Source: Rhodosorus marinus CCMP1338
Lineage: Eukaryota; Plantae; Rhodophyta
Assembly (NCBI GenBank): GCA_029953675.1
Contig: JAMWBK010000011.1
Span: 496,001-560,000 of the forward strand
Length of the DNA: 64,000 nucleotides
Reading direction: 5' to 3'
In this document: positions 1 to 12,004 of the stretch, one piece after another
Layout: the number at the start of each line of letters is the position of its first letter
How positions within the stretch are numbered: the stretch's first letter is position 1
Position numbers and translations under genes: made by a program
The notes under the pieces: generated by a model
Seen by the model: only the letters and a program-made list of their open reading frames with translations
What the model was told of the DNA's origin: nothing
The model's database searches: none

Positions 1-681
1 AACCACGTTCCCAAGCGCTGCCTTCGTCACTGCTTCTGAATCCCTAAGTCAACCTTCCCCCCCACTCAGATCGTCAATCTGAAATCCATTCAATGCCATT
101 CATCCACGGCCATAAAACAAAATTTTAAGGAACGATCCATCATTCGTCGGATTAACGATAATCTAATTATTGATTGGTTACTAGTAATCATGTTAAGAGT
201 ATTAATTGGATAATAAAATGTATGATAGGAGTAGAAGTATTTGATTGGATATTGTCCACTTTAGTTTCGGTGGATTGATCGCCACGTGCGTAGAAATGAG
301 TTTAACAAAGACGTTTGTTCATAATCTACGAACATAAAAGCTGTTGAATTTTGAGTAAAGGAAATAAACAAGATCGAGCATTGCCAAATGAATGTAAAAT
401 AGGCATCAGTGGATCTAAATATTTTTTTGTGCAGTTAGGATATGGTGACCTTCTTAGCAGCCTTTTCGCACACTGAAGTGAAGAGATGTGAACGTCAAAC
501 TCAGTGATCATTCGTCTATTCACCAGTACGCATCTGCAGCATTTCAGCGCTTCACGCTCCAGATTTGAAAGGGTCTATATCCACCACCCCAATCGTTTAT
601 TTCAGCGACCGCCACACGGAGAAGAAGCCTAGACTAAACCGAGAGAGCGGGCTTCTAAAACCAAGGCGGCATTGTAACGCT

Positions 682-1167
682 CTATATCAGTGCTAAGAAC
701 GTTTCCTCTACTCCGGTGGATGTTTTGGCACTAGTTTCAATATAGGTAGCTCCAATATCCTTGGCAAATTTTTCTCCCTGTTGCGTCGATACTGCTCGCT
801 CTGGCAAGTCAATCTTGTTTCCAACTAAGATCATAACTGGTTAAGTTGAGGCGTGCTCGACCACTTGAGGCATCCAAACAATGTTCAGATTTTCAAAACG
901 ATTGGATGTTCGTGACATCGTAGACAAGGATTATTCCGTGAGCATTTCTGTAGAAGGCCTTTGGCAAAGGCCTGTACACCTCGTGACCGTTCAAGTCCCA
1001 CAGCTGCAGCCTTCGTTCAACTCCAACTTTAACCAGGTTCTTACAGGGAAGCTCTGACTTTTTTCGAGAAAGACACCGTCCAAAAACCTCCGTGCCAGCG
1101 GTGTCTTCCCGACGCCGACATCCCCAACAGGAACTATTTTCAAGGCCTTCTGGACCCCATCTGACAT
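682..1167 (-). pseudogene. Rab18-like GTPase pseudogene (tandem paralog of the adjacent Rab18)
   Basis: Manual minus-strand translation: MSDGVQKALKIVPVGDVGVGKT (P-loop), frameshift, LQLWDLNGHEVYRPLPKAFYRNAHGIILVYDVT, frameshift near 895, ENLNIVWMPQVVEHAST*, PVMILVGNKIDLPERAVSTQQGEKFAKDIGATYIETSAKTSTGVEETFLALI*. Two frameshifts and an in-frame stop. DIGAxYIExSAK matches the neighbouring Rab18. Confidence 0.78.
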
Positions 1168-1821
1168 GTTACATTCGGTAACTCAAGTACGACGGAAGAA
1201 ACCCCCAACGATTCAAGGCTCCATTGCCGAATCATTCCACTCTGCCTCCACCAAAACTGATCGAGCGATTCTTGTTCATGATCACCGCGTGCCAGCCGCT
1301 GAAAGATAGGAACCAAGCTAAAGGGAAGCAGAAACCAGTTCACCAAGACAACGATATAGGCGTCCTGTACTTCACAAACCAATGTCCAAGAATTCCTTGG
1401 CGATCAAGAGCGGCCCACCGAATGTGACAGTCCACCTTATTGCAAACTGTCGTGCTGGATTTCCTAGAGCGCTGTCTAGCCAGTCCTTCCGTATACAAGC
1501 CTCCTCCAGGCAGGAAATCTGGCAAGCATCGACAGAGCCGTGCTGTCAAGTTCATATTTGGGCTACGGACTGTTCCTCGGCTTTCATGGAGCTTGAACTT
1601 GATACTCTGATCTGAGATTTGCTTCAAAACTTCGTTCAGTATGTTATAATCCACTGTCTAATAAGTCCTCAGCAGAGAAGAAGTCTCCATCACGTTGCTT
1701 ATTGGCACAGATCTCCACTAGCTCCTGAACAAGTGTGCTTTGAGCGTCATTGAGCTTCGATTTACTTTCTGTTGTGGTACAGACGGCAGCGATGGATGGA
1801 ACTGTAGAATTTTTTTTCAGG

Positions 1822-2427
1822 TTAGCAGTTGCAGAAAGTCGCGGCTTCGTCCCTAGAGTTGAGGTTGGCCACGCTGAAGTTCGCGTTTTGTCTCGTGCAC
1901 AGGGACGGCGTATGAACCATCGCTTCTACGAGATCGAGAAATGTAGCATCCACTCCTATTGACTCCTTGGCACTCGATTCAATGTACAACGCCCCGATAT
2001 CCCTAGCAAGCAGCTGACCTTCCTCCTTCGTCACTCTCCTTGGCTTCAAGTCGATCTTGTTTCCCACCACTACCTTAATAATGTCCTCATAGGTACTATA
2101 TCTCGTCAGCTCGGCAATCCATTCTTCCTTTAGACTCTCAAACGATTCACGCCTCGTCACATCGTAAACGAACAGTACCCCATGCGCGCCCCGATAATAC
2201 GCACTCGTGAGCGTCCTGAACCTCTCCTGACCCGCGGTATCCCACAATGTGAGCTTCACCCTAAACCCACCTACGGTCACCTTCTTCGTTTGGAAGTCGA
2301 CGCCAATCGTCGGTGGTAGGTCCTCAAAAGTATCCTCCGTATACCTCAGCAGCAGCGAGCTCTTCCCAACGCCGCTTTCTCCCACCAGCAAGATCTTGAA
2401 CTGCTCGTCGTACTCCGATGCTGCCAT
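1822..2427 (-). CDS. RAB18: Rab18/RabC small GTPase, intronless, 201 aa
   Basis: GESGVGKS, PTIGVDF, WDTAGQERFRTLTSAYYRGA, GNKID and ESSAK motifs; C-terminal CxC prenylation signal (FCNC); LLLRYTEDTFEDLPPTIG is Rab18-like. Confidence 0.92.
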   Translation of the reverse strand: MAASEYDEQFKILLVGESGVGKSSLLLRYTEDTFEDLPPTIGVDFQTKKVTVGGFRVKLTLWDTAGQERFRTLTSAYYRGAHGVLFVYDVTRRESFESLKEEWIAELTRYSTYEDIIKVVVGNKIDLKPRRVTKEEGQLLARDIGALYIESSAKESIGVDATFLDLVEAMVHTPSLCTRQNANFSVANLNSRDEAATFCNC

Positions 2428-2660
2428 TTTCTTCTCCTTACTCGGTGCCTGTCTTCAGTGCGGTCAACCTGTTCAACTGCCAACCAATGAACCTCATCCA
2501 AAATTCAGAAATAGGAATCAACTGGATGCAATAGATGACCCCAACCCTCCCTCCCAACATGCACAGATGACCTGTCCCATAAGGGCTCCGTCGATCATTG
2601 CCAACCATGGGTTCCTTTCCAATACAACTGATGGGTGCCAGCCTGTCCCACATTCATTTG

Positions 2661-2669
2661 GCTGACACT
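2661..2669 (+). repeat. Candidate target-site duplication GCTGACACT (left copy; right copy 7414-7422)
   Basis: Identical 9-mer directly flanking both apparent ends of the element. Confidence 0.55.
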
Positions 2670-2726
2670 GAATGAATGGTTTAATCGGAGGCTGAAAAAA
2701 AAAAAAACCCCGAGGGGAAAAAAAGA

Positions 2727-5700
2727 CTAAGCGCGGCGAAGTACTCGCGCCTCCAACATCAAAGCGGCATTCATGCGCCACAGCAGGAAACTTAAGCGGG
2801 TAAACAACGATTGAAGACGGTCAGGGCGTTCGCGGAACAACTCCCGAAGCCAGCGAGAACCAACAGAGTCCATGAACCCAAAGCACTCAATGATCAGGGG
2901 TACCAAGCGATGTGCTAGTGCCGAAGCACGAACACCAGGGGAAGACAAAGCCCCCGCGTATTTGATCTCTTTGCGGCGTCTCATGCTGGCGGCGGCAGAT
3001 CCACGGCGCTCCCCGCAGCCGGGAGATAACGACTAGCTTGAGGGTTGGGAACAGCAAGATCAACGTATGTGGTACGGCGGCTGTCGTCACAGGTTATCAC
3101 CAGGTCGGCTACACGGCGTTCATCATTTTGAAAGTCCGCGACGGGTAAAGGTTTCTCACGTTCGATTTCCAGACCGGCTTGCTGGACTATAGGCCGAAGT
3201 TCCCGGTATAACAGGTTCAAGATCCGTGTGTGGCGGCGGGTCCGAGCACCTTTCACCGCCGGGCAACTAGCGAGCAGGTGGGCGCCAAAATCTGCGTTGT
3301 CTTCAGTCTGAGAGCAGAGAGGGCACGACGAACCCATCTCGTACGGCCAAGGGGGCTGCTGTAAGCCGAGGTATAAGCGCAGTGAAGTACGCACTTCGAA
3401 ATCCGACAGTGTGAGTGGCGGAAAGGCTGGTACGGTCATGAGCCACTGAGAGCTAAGAACCCCTCCAAGACTACGTAGGCGGGCGCGAGCGCGAGAAGAT
3501 GAGACCATCTGCGCGAGGAGTCGGCCATATGCAGCACGGTGCAAGTCCCAAGAAAGGATATTTTGCAGCGCATCCGTGCGTGCTTGAGCTCGGCTCCCAG
3601 CGCGCTGGGAATCATCAGGAGGATCAACTGGAACTTCTTCTTCTGCGGCAACCACTGGGTCAATCTCCCCTAGAACAGGTTCAGGCGCAGGACGAATCCC
3701 CGGGGCGGAGCCTCGAGAGCGGTCAAATACAGCTCGCCAGTCAGGAAGACGGGGTTGAACGGTTTCGGGGAGACTAGTACAGGAGTTCAGGGCGGTTTGG
3801 AGCTCCAGAAACAAGTCTTGGGCGCTTTCCGGTACGCTGGGAAGCAAGACACCCCGCGAGAGGCTCGCCATCAAATTGCGGAACTTCGAGATACCCAAGC
3901 TGCTCAAAGTGGGAAGTGCGGTTCCCCAGGCCCCTACTGCGGCTGCAGGTTGGACCACAACACGATTGCAGAGGCCCAGTCCCCCCAATCGCAATGGGAG
4001 GCCTACCTGGGCGCGCACAACATCACAGGTGGGTCGCGGCAGAGCGCTCAGCTCTTCATCGAGAAAATACCCCAGGTCACGGAAACTTTCAGCATCCGCA
4101 CGAGTGGCCAACCACCGGCCCCAATGAGTTGGAAGTGAGCGAAGCCAATAGGTTAACCGCTGACTGCAACAATACCGAAACAGCAACAACGAGCACTGGA
4201 GAAAGCCCGGAGGTAGCCGTCGAAGCTCTGCAACCAGCTGTCTGTGCTTACCGAGGAGCTGCAGCAACTCGCCTTCAACGAAGGACGGCGACCCGTAGGG
4301 GATGCCTAAGTGGACAAAACCATCCGGTCTCCAAATATCCTGGAACGACGCAGGTACCTGCTGCTCTTGTGCAGCTACACCTCCCCAGTAGAACGATTTG
4401 TGATGATTAACCTCCAGGTCAACCCGCGAAGCCAAGGAGCGGAGACGATCATAAGCGAGCGCTAGAGTATCAGGGGGCCCCAGGAGGCACACGTCGTCGT
4501 GGTATGCAACCGTACGAACCTGCGGGAATTCGGAGCGAAGACAAAGCAAGACGAGTTGTAGTCCACAGGCATGTAGGAAAGGGGACAAGGGATCACCCTG
4601 TTGTACCCCTGTGCGCGCCGCAAACGTGTGTGAGGAAGCGCCAAGGGTGTCATAGGTAGCCCCACGACCAAGCGGAGAATAAAGTCTACTAACAAAGGGA
4701 AAGCCTACAGGGAAGACTTCGCGCACCACGTGCATGAGAGCCGGACGAGAGACGCGGTTGAACGCATTGGTAAAATCTACAGAGAGGAGCCCAGAATCTG
4801 GGGAGTACGCCATTTCCGAACGGAGTAAAACAGACAACAACTCACAGCCACCACGATAGCCCACGCCTAACTGCACGTGCCCAAAGAAACGGCGGGATTC
4901 GGGAACCAGGATTTTCACTAACCATCGCGCCGCCAATTTGCGGACCACCTCAACCAGGCCAATAGGGCGAATAGCAGGGCTCGAGGCCGTGTGGCTGGGC
5001 TTCGAAAGCAGACACAACTGCGAACGCCCGACCAAGAACCACGCACACTCACACAGGGGATCACCATTCACAAGCGCTTCGACCACCCACGCCAACGCCT
5101 TCAAACCTTCATCACTTAAGAAACGGAGATATTCCACCCGCAGCCCCGAGGGCCCTGGGGAACGGCCCTTCGGAGCATCATGAACCAACTCACGCACCGC
5201 CTCCAGATTGACCACTAACCGCGCACTGGGATGTGGCGCGGCGCGGTACTCTTCCAACACTGATTCAAACGAGGAGTCCCAAGGGGAGCCTTCCGAGGGA
5301 AAGAGCAAACGGAGCGGTGAAGAAAGATCATCGGAGTATGGAACCACAGGTTGCCGCTGCTGGAGGATCCCGGCTGCCCGCCGCAGATCACCGCCTGCCA
5401 CCGCGTGACGCGCCCGATTCTGTCGAGAAGACCTAAAAGCTGAGGAAGCACTAGGAGAAAAGGAAGAGAGAGAAGCGAAATAAAGACGTTCGAGGTCCTC
5501 AAAGTCGCCGGAAAGGAACATTTGCAGTTTTCGGCGAGGGTGGACCCGGCGAGGATGTGGGTTGAGGGGGACGGTAGAGGATGTGAGCACGAGGCGGGGA
5601 AAAAAGAACAAGAGTTCCCAGCGAAGAGAGCAGTGAGGGTTCGCGGCGACCTGCTGCCAGAGAAAATCCAACACCAATCCTAGGGGCTTATGAAGTCGAC

Positions 5701-5869
5701 GAGGGAGCCGTACGGCCGTGCTCTGACGACAAAGGGGAAGGGAACCGTCCGGGTAGGAGGCGATAAGGTGCGAAAACCACGAGAGAACACGCTCATGCCA
5801 GGCTGAGCGGTCACTGGTAAACAGGGGTAACCGGGACGACACGCACGCGGAGGAGGAAGACTCAGACAT
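2727..5869 (-). CDS. Retrotransposon ORF2 (RT-CCHC-RLE), ~1050 aa with one frameshift near 3010
   Basis: ORF 2981..6148 continues into ORF 2727..2984. The ATG at 5869 overlaps the ORF1 stop (ATGTCTGA). The homologous fragment at ~49.0 kb is in frame across the break and has one more base in the G/C run, which locates the frameshift. Confidence 0.85.
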
Positions 5870-7158
5870 CGGGCCTCCCCTCAGTCGGGAAGGCAGATCG
5901 AATATCCGGAGGAGGTGCCTCGGAGGGAGGCTCAGGAGCCGCACGACGCTTACGTGGAGGGCGCACGAAGGAACTAAAAGACCTGAAGAAAGTAGACACA
6001 GGGTTTTCAGCAGCGGAGTCTTGACTGAGGGTGTCCAGAGCCAGCGGATTGGGAGAGGCCGATGGTGCTTCTGCCATGTCGGTGTCACGAGCCTCGGAGA
6101 CAGGGCGAGGGGAGGAAGGGTGCTCAGGAGTCGGCGGCAGAAGGTCAAACGCAGGGTGGGCTTCCAGCAGGGTGGCCTCAGTGGAGAGGAAGGCCTCTAG
6201 CGCGGTGCGGAGGACCCCGCGAGGAGGAAAACGCGCGAAGAGGCTCGCCTGTATGCGCGAGAGCCGCGCCGCATGAGTGTGTAGCGCGACAACCGAAGCC
6301 TGCGAGGCATCCAGGTTTTGCAAGGCCGACGGTGGAACCCAGCCGGCGTCAAAACGATCGAACTCGACAAACAAAGAGACATGAGGACGAGTCAGTATCA
6401 TGTTGGCCAGAGCAGAGCGCTGGGGCGCGGGGGTGGTTACAAGGGATTGAAGGAACTGGTAAGCCGAGTCAGTAACAAGAAAACAGGCATGAGGGCCCGT
6501 GAAGTCCACATATAGGAATTCAGACGGGGCGACCCCAAGGAGGAAGCCATGGTGTCGCGAAAATCGCGGTAGTGGACGGGCGCGCGGCCCCGACCACGAG
6601 AGGGGGTCTGGGGACGCACGTTCGTCATCCAAACAAAGTGGAACGGAGATAGTTGGCGAGAAGAGTCAATAGGGATGTGTTGTGGCATCATACGCACCAT
6701 TGCCGTCGTGCGTTGTTCAGAAGAGCCCCTGCGTAGGACCTGCGAATAGGTCGCACGTGGGGCACTGGAGGGAGCAGGATTCGGGCCCGACGCGGGCCCA
6801 GGAGGCGTCTGTCCTTGAATAGGGGTAGGCCAGTCGGAATCAGGAATGACCGGAGCGGAGCGCTCGGGTCGGGTGGAGGCAGGCCCCGCTGTACCGTGCG
6901 GATCCGCGGGGACGGGCACCGGGGGTATGGGGCAGGCGCGGAGGCGGAGAAGCGCTCCAAATAGGCGATCAGCAGGGGCAGGCGGTGTTCCTGGGAAGCA
7001 GTCACAAGAAGACTCGTCAGTTTCGAGCAGATCCCATGGGCTAACTCGTCAGCGCAGTCCGTGAGGGTGCCCGCGGTACTAAACCCGCCCACGCGGAGCT
7101 CCACGCGCGCTGAGAGAACGGCTCCGTCCGCCGGAATGGGTGGGGAAACCCCAACCAT
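5862..7158 (-). CDS. Putative retrotransposon ORF1 (gag-like), split over three frames by two frameshifts
   Basis: Overlapping ORFs 6688..7272, 6437..6919 and 5862..6632 join into one Pro-rich protein containing TYSQVLRR. The stop overlaps the ORF2 ATG. No catalytic motif; start at ATG 7158 is tentative. Confidence 0.5.
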
Positions 7159-7413
7159 AACGATTGGAAGGTGTGAAAAACCGATTCCCCCACGAAACCC
7201 CCAAAAAGAGAACTTGTTCCCAACGTTTGCAACCAAAGAAAAACCACCACGACCTCCAAGGGGCGCTAGCAACCCCCAGCACGCACCACACCACTAGAAG
7301 ATGCGGGGGAAAGGCTGCAGAAAGAAGCGCCTCCCACCGAAGAACACAATTGCGACTCAAAACCACCAAAAGCCAGCACCATACACCCTCACGAAACCAA
7401 AAACTGCTTCTTT

Positions 7414-7422
7414 GCTGACACT
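7414..7422 (+). repeat. Candidate target-site duplication GCTGACACT (right copy)
   Basis: Matches 2661-2669; both copies are preceded by TTT(G). Confidence 0.55.
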
Positions 7423-10400
7423 AACGCGTTCGATAAGGTGCGTGCCATCGATGCTTTGATGCGACTGGGATGCCGTGAGAATGTAGTTGCCAGAGTGCTT
7501 GTTTGGAGTTCAGTTTCATCCGTTTTGAACTGCAGTATCTACCGTCCGCCAGGCGACCTTGCGCGGTAACTCAGTGCCTATGTGAGTTTCGGTCTGCATT
7601 GGAATTTTATGGCAACCTTACAATGGCATACTGACCAGAAGGAAGAGGAAAATTAGTTGTGTTCATATTGATGTCGTCGGAATAGCCAGGCAGAGATGCT
7701 CGCGTGTCTATGGCCGTCTGGTTCGTGGAGGTCATGAAGGATAGTCCTTCAACCTGGATTTATTGGGCTTGTCGAAGATATATTGGAGAGAAAGTGAGCA
7801 ACGATTCGAAGGCTTAGAACCTCTCCAGCATCTGTATAGCTTTTCGGCGTGACCATTAGAATGACGAACTTGTCCGAGCTGTGCTATGTATGCGTGAGAA
7901 GCAGTCACGGCTTGATGACTCCTTCTGTTGATGAAGGGGTCTCGCCGAGCGGGGTACGTTGCTCTCCAACCGGGCTCTAGAACAGAGGTTCTTGATCAAT
8001 GTCGACGAATGCTTGCAACTGGCCCCTGCAGTTGCTTTGCCTTAGATGATCACACCGAGTGAGAGGACGATGAACTCGACGCGTGTGGCACAGGAAACGA
8101 GATGTGCGCTAACTTTCAGGGGCATATGGCTCTGGCCAGCCACCGATTGTCACGCTCATGACTACTGGTCAATGTAATTGTGGATTCCGGAGGAGACGCA
8201 AGAAGCTTGAGGGATGCTTGAGTGTTATTTATCACGGGTTCCGAGGTAGAGCGTTGCTGTCATGAACCGTACACCCCAGCTTGAATACTTCTGGATTCTA
8301 TTCGTGGTTCAGGATAGCGGCTAGATGATGGGACATGCATCCATGAATTCTTTCCTTTGGAATGGCACATTTGCACTAACGTCAGAACGTCAGGGGTATG
8401 TCACGTTCATAGGCAAGCAGTTCGTTAGACTTGATCAGCTCTTGGAGATGACCAGATATGGATCTTCGCCGATCTGTCGTAAGGGACAGGGGTCGTATAG
8501 GAGTGCTCGGGAGGATTCATTTAGAATCCCTTACGTCGACTTTAGATTTGCTTGGTGCGCAGTGGCTGGGCAATTCCACACCCGGCCGGGATTGTTTAAA
8601 TGACACCTGGTACAAGCATATCTAAGATCTTCGTGAGTCCTTTGAACGCATCTGTGCAGCGATTTGAGCAGAAAATCAGGTCGACCATGAAGCATTGCAG
8701 CTCTCAACGGATATTTCCTGAATTCAAGTCCGGAATCGATCAGATGCGAATGGAATCTTTGACGCGTACAAACGGAAAAGAATTGAAATCAACAATCGTG
8801 CAGGAAGTATCTACCCTTGGAGATGCTGGGCCTAGCCTTCCAAAGTACTGAACGCCCACCGAGAGAACCTCTTAGCTCACCGCCCCTGAATGGACAATAG
8901 AGCTCCTATAGGGGCCTATCTTGGTTCTCGTCTAGGTTGGATCAGACCAGGACAGCGACCTGCCACACGTCTCAAAACCTCGAAACATCATGAGCTCACT
9001 GACAAAGGAACCTGTTCCCATGATATCCATTGGCGACGAAGGGATGAGCTGGACCTGATGGTTTGCACAGATCCAATAGTCATCAGGACAGGAAAGCGCG
9101 CCAATCGCGCTCGAAAATCCTAACGAAGTCGAATCCCAGGTCTCCTCCGGTTATTCAACGGGCATATACTCTTGCTTATTCAGGCCCGAGCTTCGCTTGG
9201 AGCCAGAAGCTTCCCCCGGGCACGGGGTCGCACCCTACCATGTGGAGCTGTAAACAAGACGAACTGTAAACAAGATGAGCAAGCCAGAGAGCCAGCCCAA
9301 AGAATCAAACTGGATCCACAATCAGACAATTCAAACCTTGCAGATACCCCTCCCTCCGCCATCGAAATGTTTCCTCTTCACAGAATCTTGTCCTGAAGAG
9401 AGAGAGCCCACAGCACTCCAACACATATTTCATCCCTGCCACACAAGCCGATTGGATATCGGGAGACAGCTGGCGCTCCTCAGAAAATTCGAATAATAGT
9501 GGGAATCACAAGCAGATGCCCTCTGCCCTTCTCCAACGAACAATACGTCAGAGACACAAAAAAGGGAGCATAGACCCAATCATCTCCATGGCAAACGCAG
9601 ACATTGGGTCGGAAGCCCATGTCTGACTCCGGGAGGAATCTTCCGATCGACGTTAAGCAGTAACTGTCCCACTTAACTAAGGTCTCTCATTGGATATGAT
9701 CCAAACGGAAGAATCTTGTTCACGAGTTGCAGTTACCCCCTCCTCATTCTGTACCCGCATTTCCAGAACCTCCCAATTAGTTTCATATATTCATTCTATG
9801 TCCCCCTTCGGGTACGCTTTCCCTGACGGGTGCGGTGATTGACTATCGTTTTGTCTCTAAAAACCTTTGTTTTAGAGAGTGTAGATTTTTCCGTTTCTAC
9901 CTTTTTCATTGGATAAAGATATAAATATTTGTCCAATTGTACACGATATTTTTCAACTAGTATTGTCTAGCGTCTGTGATTGGATGATTCAGATACCAGA
10001 GTCGTTTGCGACCTCCAAGTTTTTTAGCACAAAAAAGAAAGTATCGAAGATACCCGTCCCTAAAACTTCCAATATTCCACTCCGTCAAGCCTTAATTGAT
10101 TGGATATGGATAGATACTCATCCAATGGCCGGCCAGGAGATTGCAAATCTGCAGTTTTTACTACTTGAAAACGTAAATGGCTTGGAATCGAAAAAAACCG
10201 AAAAATGCGGAGCCTATCAAAATTTTGGTCAGATTCAAGATTCTGCCCTCTTTCTTTGAATTTTGGAAAAGTTTGAGAGCAATGCAATTTGGTGACAGGT
10301 TGTCGCTCGGCTGTGTTGCAAATCCGACAGAGAACGCGGCTTACGAAAAAAGAGGTGTCGGCTGTCTTGACGGGTGAAAACCACGAATCTTCTTGCCGTA

Positions 10401-10685
10401 AAGAGATTTAAAAGCACTTCCAGCAGACTTTGGTGGTTGGGAAGGGTGCGGGGGGAGAGGAGGGTTGTAGGGGTAGTAAGATGGATTGGTTTGGGAATTA
10501 GCTGCATCCAAATTGTTCAAAAGTTTTTTTTTGGCTTAAGGAGCCCATCATTAGGAGGTAAATAAGTCCTTCGATCGCAGGCGCTCTGGAGAAAAGATTT
10601 CGACGGAGAATCAGGGTTGCAGGTTTGTGAATGAATTGTCAAGATCAGCTTCTGAAAGGGAAGTGTTGCTAGGGTTCAGAGAGTC

Positions 10686-11390
10686 ATGAGTAGTCTTGTA
10701 TGCGCTCCCGTCGAGCTTGAAGCTACGCTTCTAGGGATCAACTGCCGTCCCAGCGAGAAGCGTGAGGGCTGGCAGGGATTCGGGGAATGCGGTTCGGCTG
10801 TGGATGTGATTAGCGAGGTTTTGAGGAGCTTATGCGGTTGTGAGGACTCGGTAAGTTCTAGCTAGGCTGCTGCGCTTCCGTCTTTACGTATGTTATCATG
10901 TTTTGTCTTATTCTCAGTATGCACGCGACATATCTATTTGTCTGATTTTGTATCTCAGGTGGAACTGGGAGATGGAGAGTGGCTCAGGGATTTCACTTCC
11001 GACAGCGAGCCTAGCTTTGGCTTGAATTCGTTTATTTCGTTCCTTGTGAAAAGAGCCGGGTGCCCCTTTTCAGTGCTTGTTGTGGCGCTGATATATCTGG
11101 ACAGGTTGAAGCAGGACGATCCGTCGACAACGTTGTCCATGTTTACAATCCACAGACTGTTCCTAACGGCGCTTTTGCTCGCTTGCAAGTTCCTCGACGA
11201 TCGGGGTCACGGAAATCTGTTTTTCGCTCAGATGGTGAACTGTAGCCTCGAGGAGATGAACCAACTCGAGAGGGCCATGTTGGCGAAGCTCCGCTTCAAG
11301 TTGTTTGTGAGTGACAAGACTTTTGCCACCTACGCAAGCTGTCTTGTTTCTGATTTGTTGCCTGGGTCGGTCATGCCGATGTTTATTTAA
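10686..11390 (+). CDS. PHO80/P(U)-type cyclin, 2 exons (10686-10850, 10959-11390)
   Basis: LVVALIYLDRL, TIHRLFLTALLLACKFLDD, NLFFA and EMNQLERAMLAKLRFKLFV motifs; phase-0 intron GTAAGT...TCTCAG (108 bp) keeps the frame. Confidence 0.85.
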
Positions 11391-11446
11391 GCGTGTACCA
11401 TTGGAAATTACTTGTAGTTCTCCGGTCTAATAATAATGTGTGTAGC

Positions 11447-11755
11447 TTATATAATATTGTGAAATATAAAATGCGGGAAGACGAGCTGTCCTTGCATAAG
11501 CGTATCTGTTAGTATCCATCCCAGAACATCCGCTGTGCTCTCTTTGAATCCCCCAACGATGGAAATAGCTGAACACTCGAAATACCGTCTCGCGACGAGG
11601 CGACCAGCCGATGCCGCAGCTGATACCCATGTCCACCGGGACAACACCCTGAGTTCCTGTAAGGTACACTCCGTTAATGAAGGCGTACAAGAACTGAACC
11701 TTGGAGACCGACACAGGAGAGCAACCGTCACCTGTGACACGGGAAACTCCGTCAT
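11447..11755 (-). pseudogene. Possible degenerate Rho/Rac-like GTPase C-terminal remnant
   Basis: AGRLVARRYFECSAISIVGGFKE resembles the Rho-family G5 region (YxECSA). No P-loop or DTAG found upstream. Confidence 0.28.
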
Positions 11756-11932
11756 GGAATTTCTGGTGACCTGAATCAATGCCAGCACCAAAATCTGACG
11801 GATATTTAGACTCAGGATGAAGGAGAAAGCAGCGGAAGGAGAAATTATGGGCTGAGACAATCCCCACAATCGGGATGCCTACACACATATAAAATAAATC
11901 CAGACATCAAGAATCCAAAAAGGCAAAACCAA

Positions 11933-12004
11933 AGGGCCCACCCGGGATTGAACCGGGGACCTGTCGATCTGCAGTCGACCGCTCTACCACTGAGCTATAG
12001 ACCC
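11933..12004 (-). tRNA. tRNA-Cys (GCA)
   Basis: GGGTCTATAGCTCAGTGGTAGAGCGGTCGACTGCAGATCGACAGGTCCCCGGTTCAATCCCGGGTGGGCCCT: full cloverleaf, anticodon stem GTCGA/TCGAC, GTTCAAT T-loop, 72 nt. Confidence 0.96.

Larger units (their letters stand above)
2670..7413 (-). mobile_element. Near full-length CRE-like non-LTR retrotransposon (RT + restriction-like endonuclease), ~4.7 kb
   Basis: RT motifs DFTNAFNRVSR, GVQQGDPLSP and AYHDD; LPLRLGGLG; CCHC knuckle CPLC...HLLASC; RRHTRI; RVADL...VDLAVPNP (PD-(D/E)xK); KEIKY and PLIIECFG. Boundaries inferred from the candidate TSD GCTGACACT. Confidence 0.9.

Noticed and set aside
1340-1654. Third Rab-like relic (IKFKLHESRG...VCNKVD)
   Set aside because: Only two loose motif echoes, spacing ~12 aa off, and no P-loop; chance cannot be excluded.
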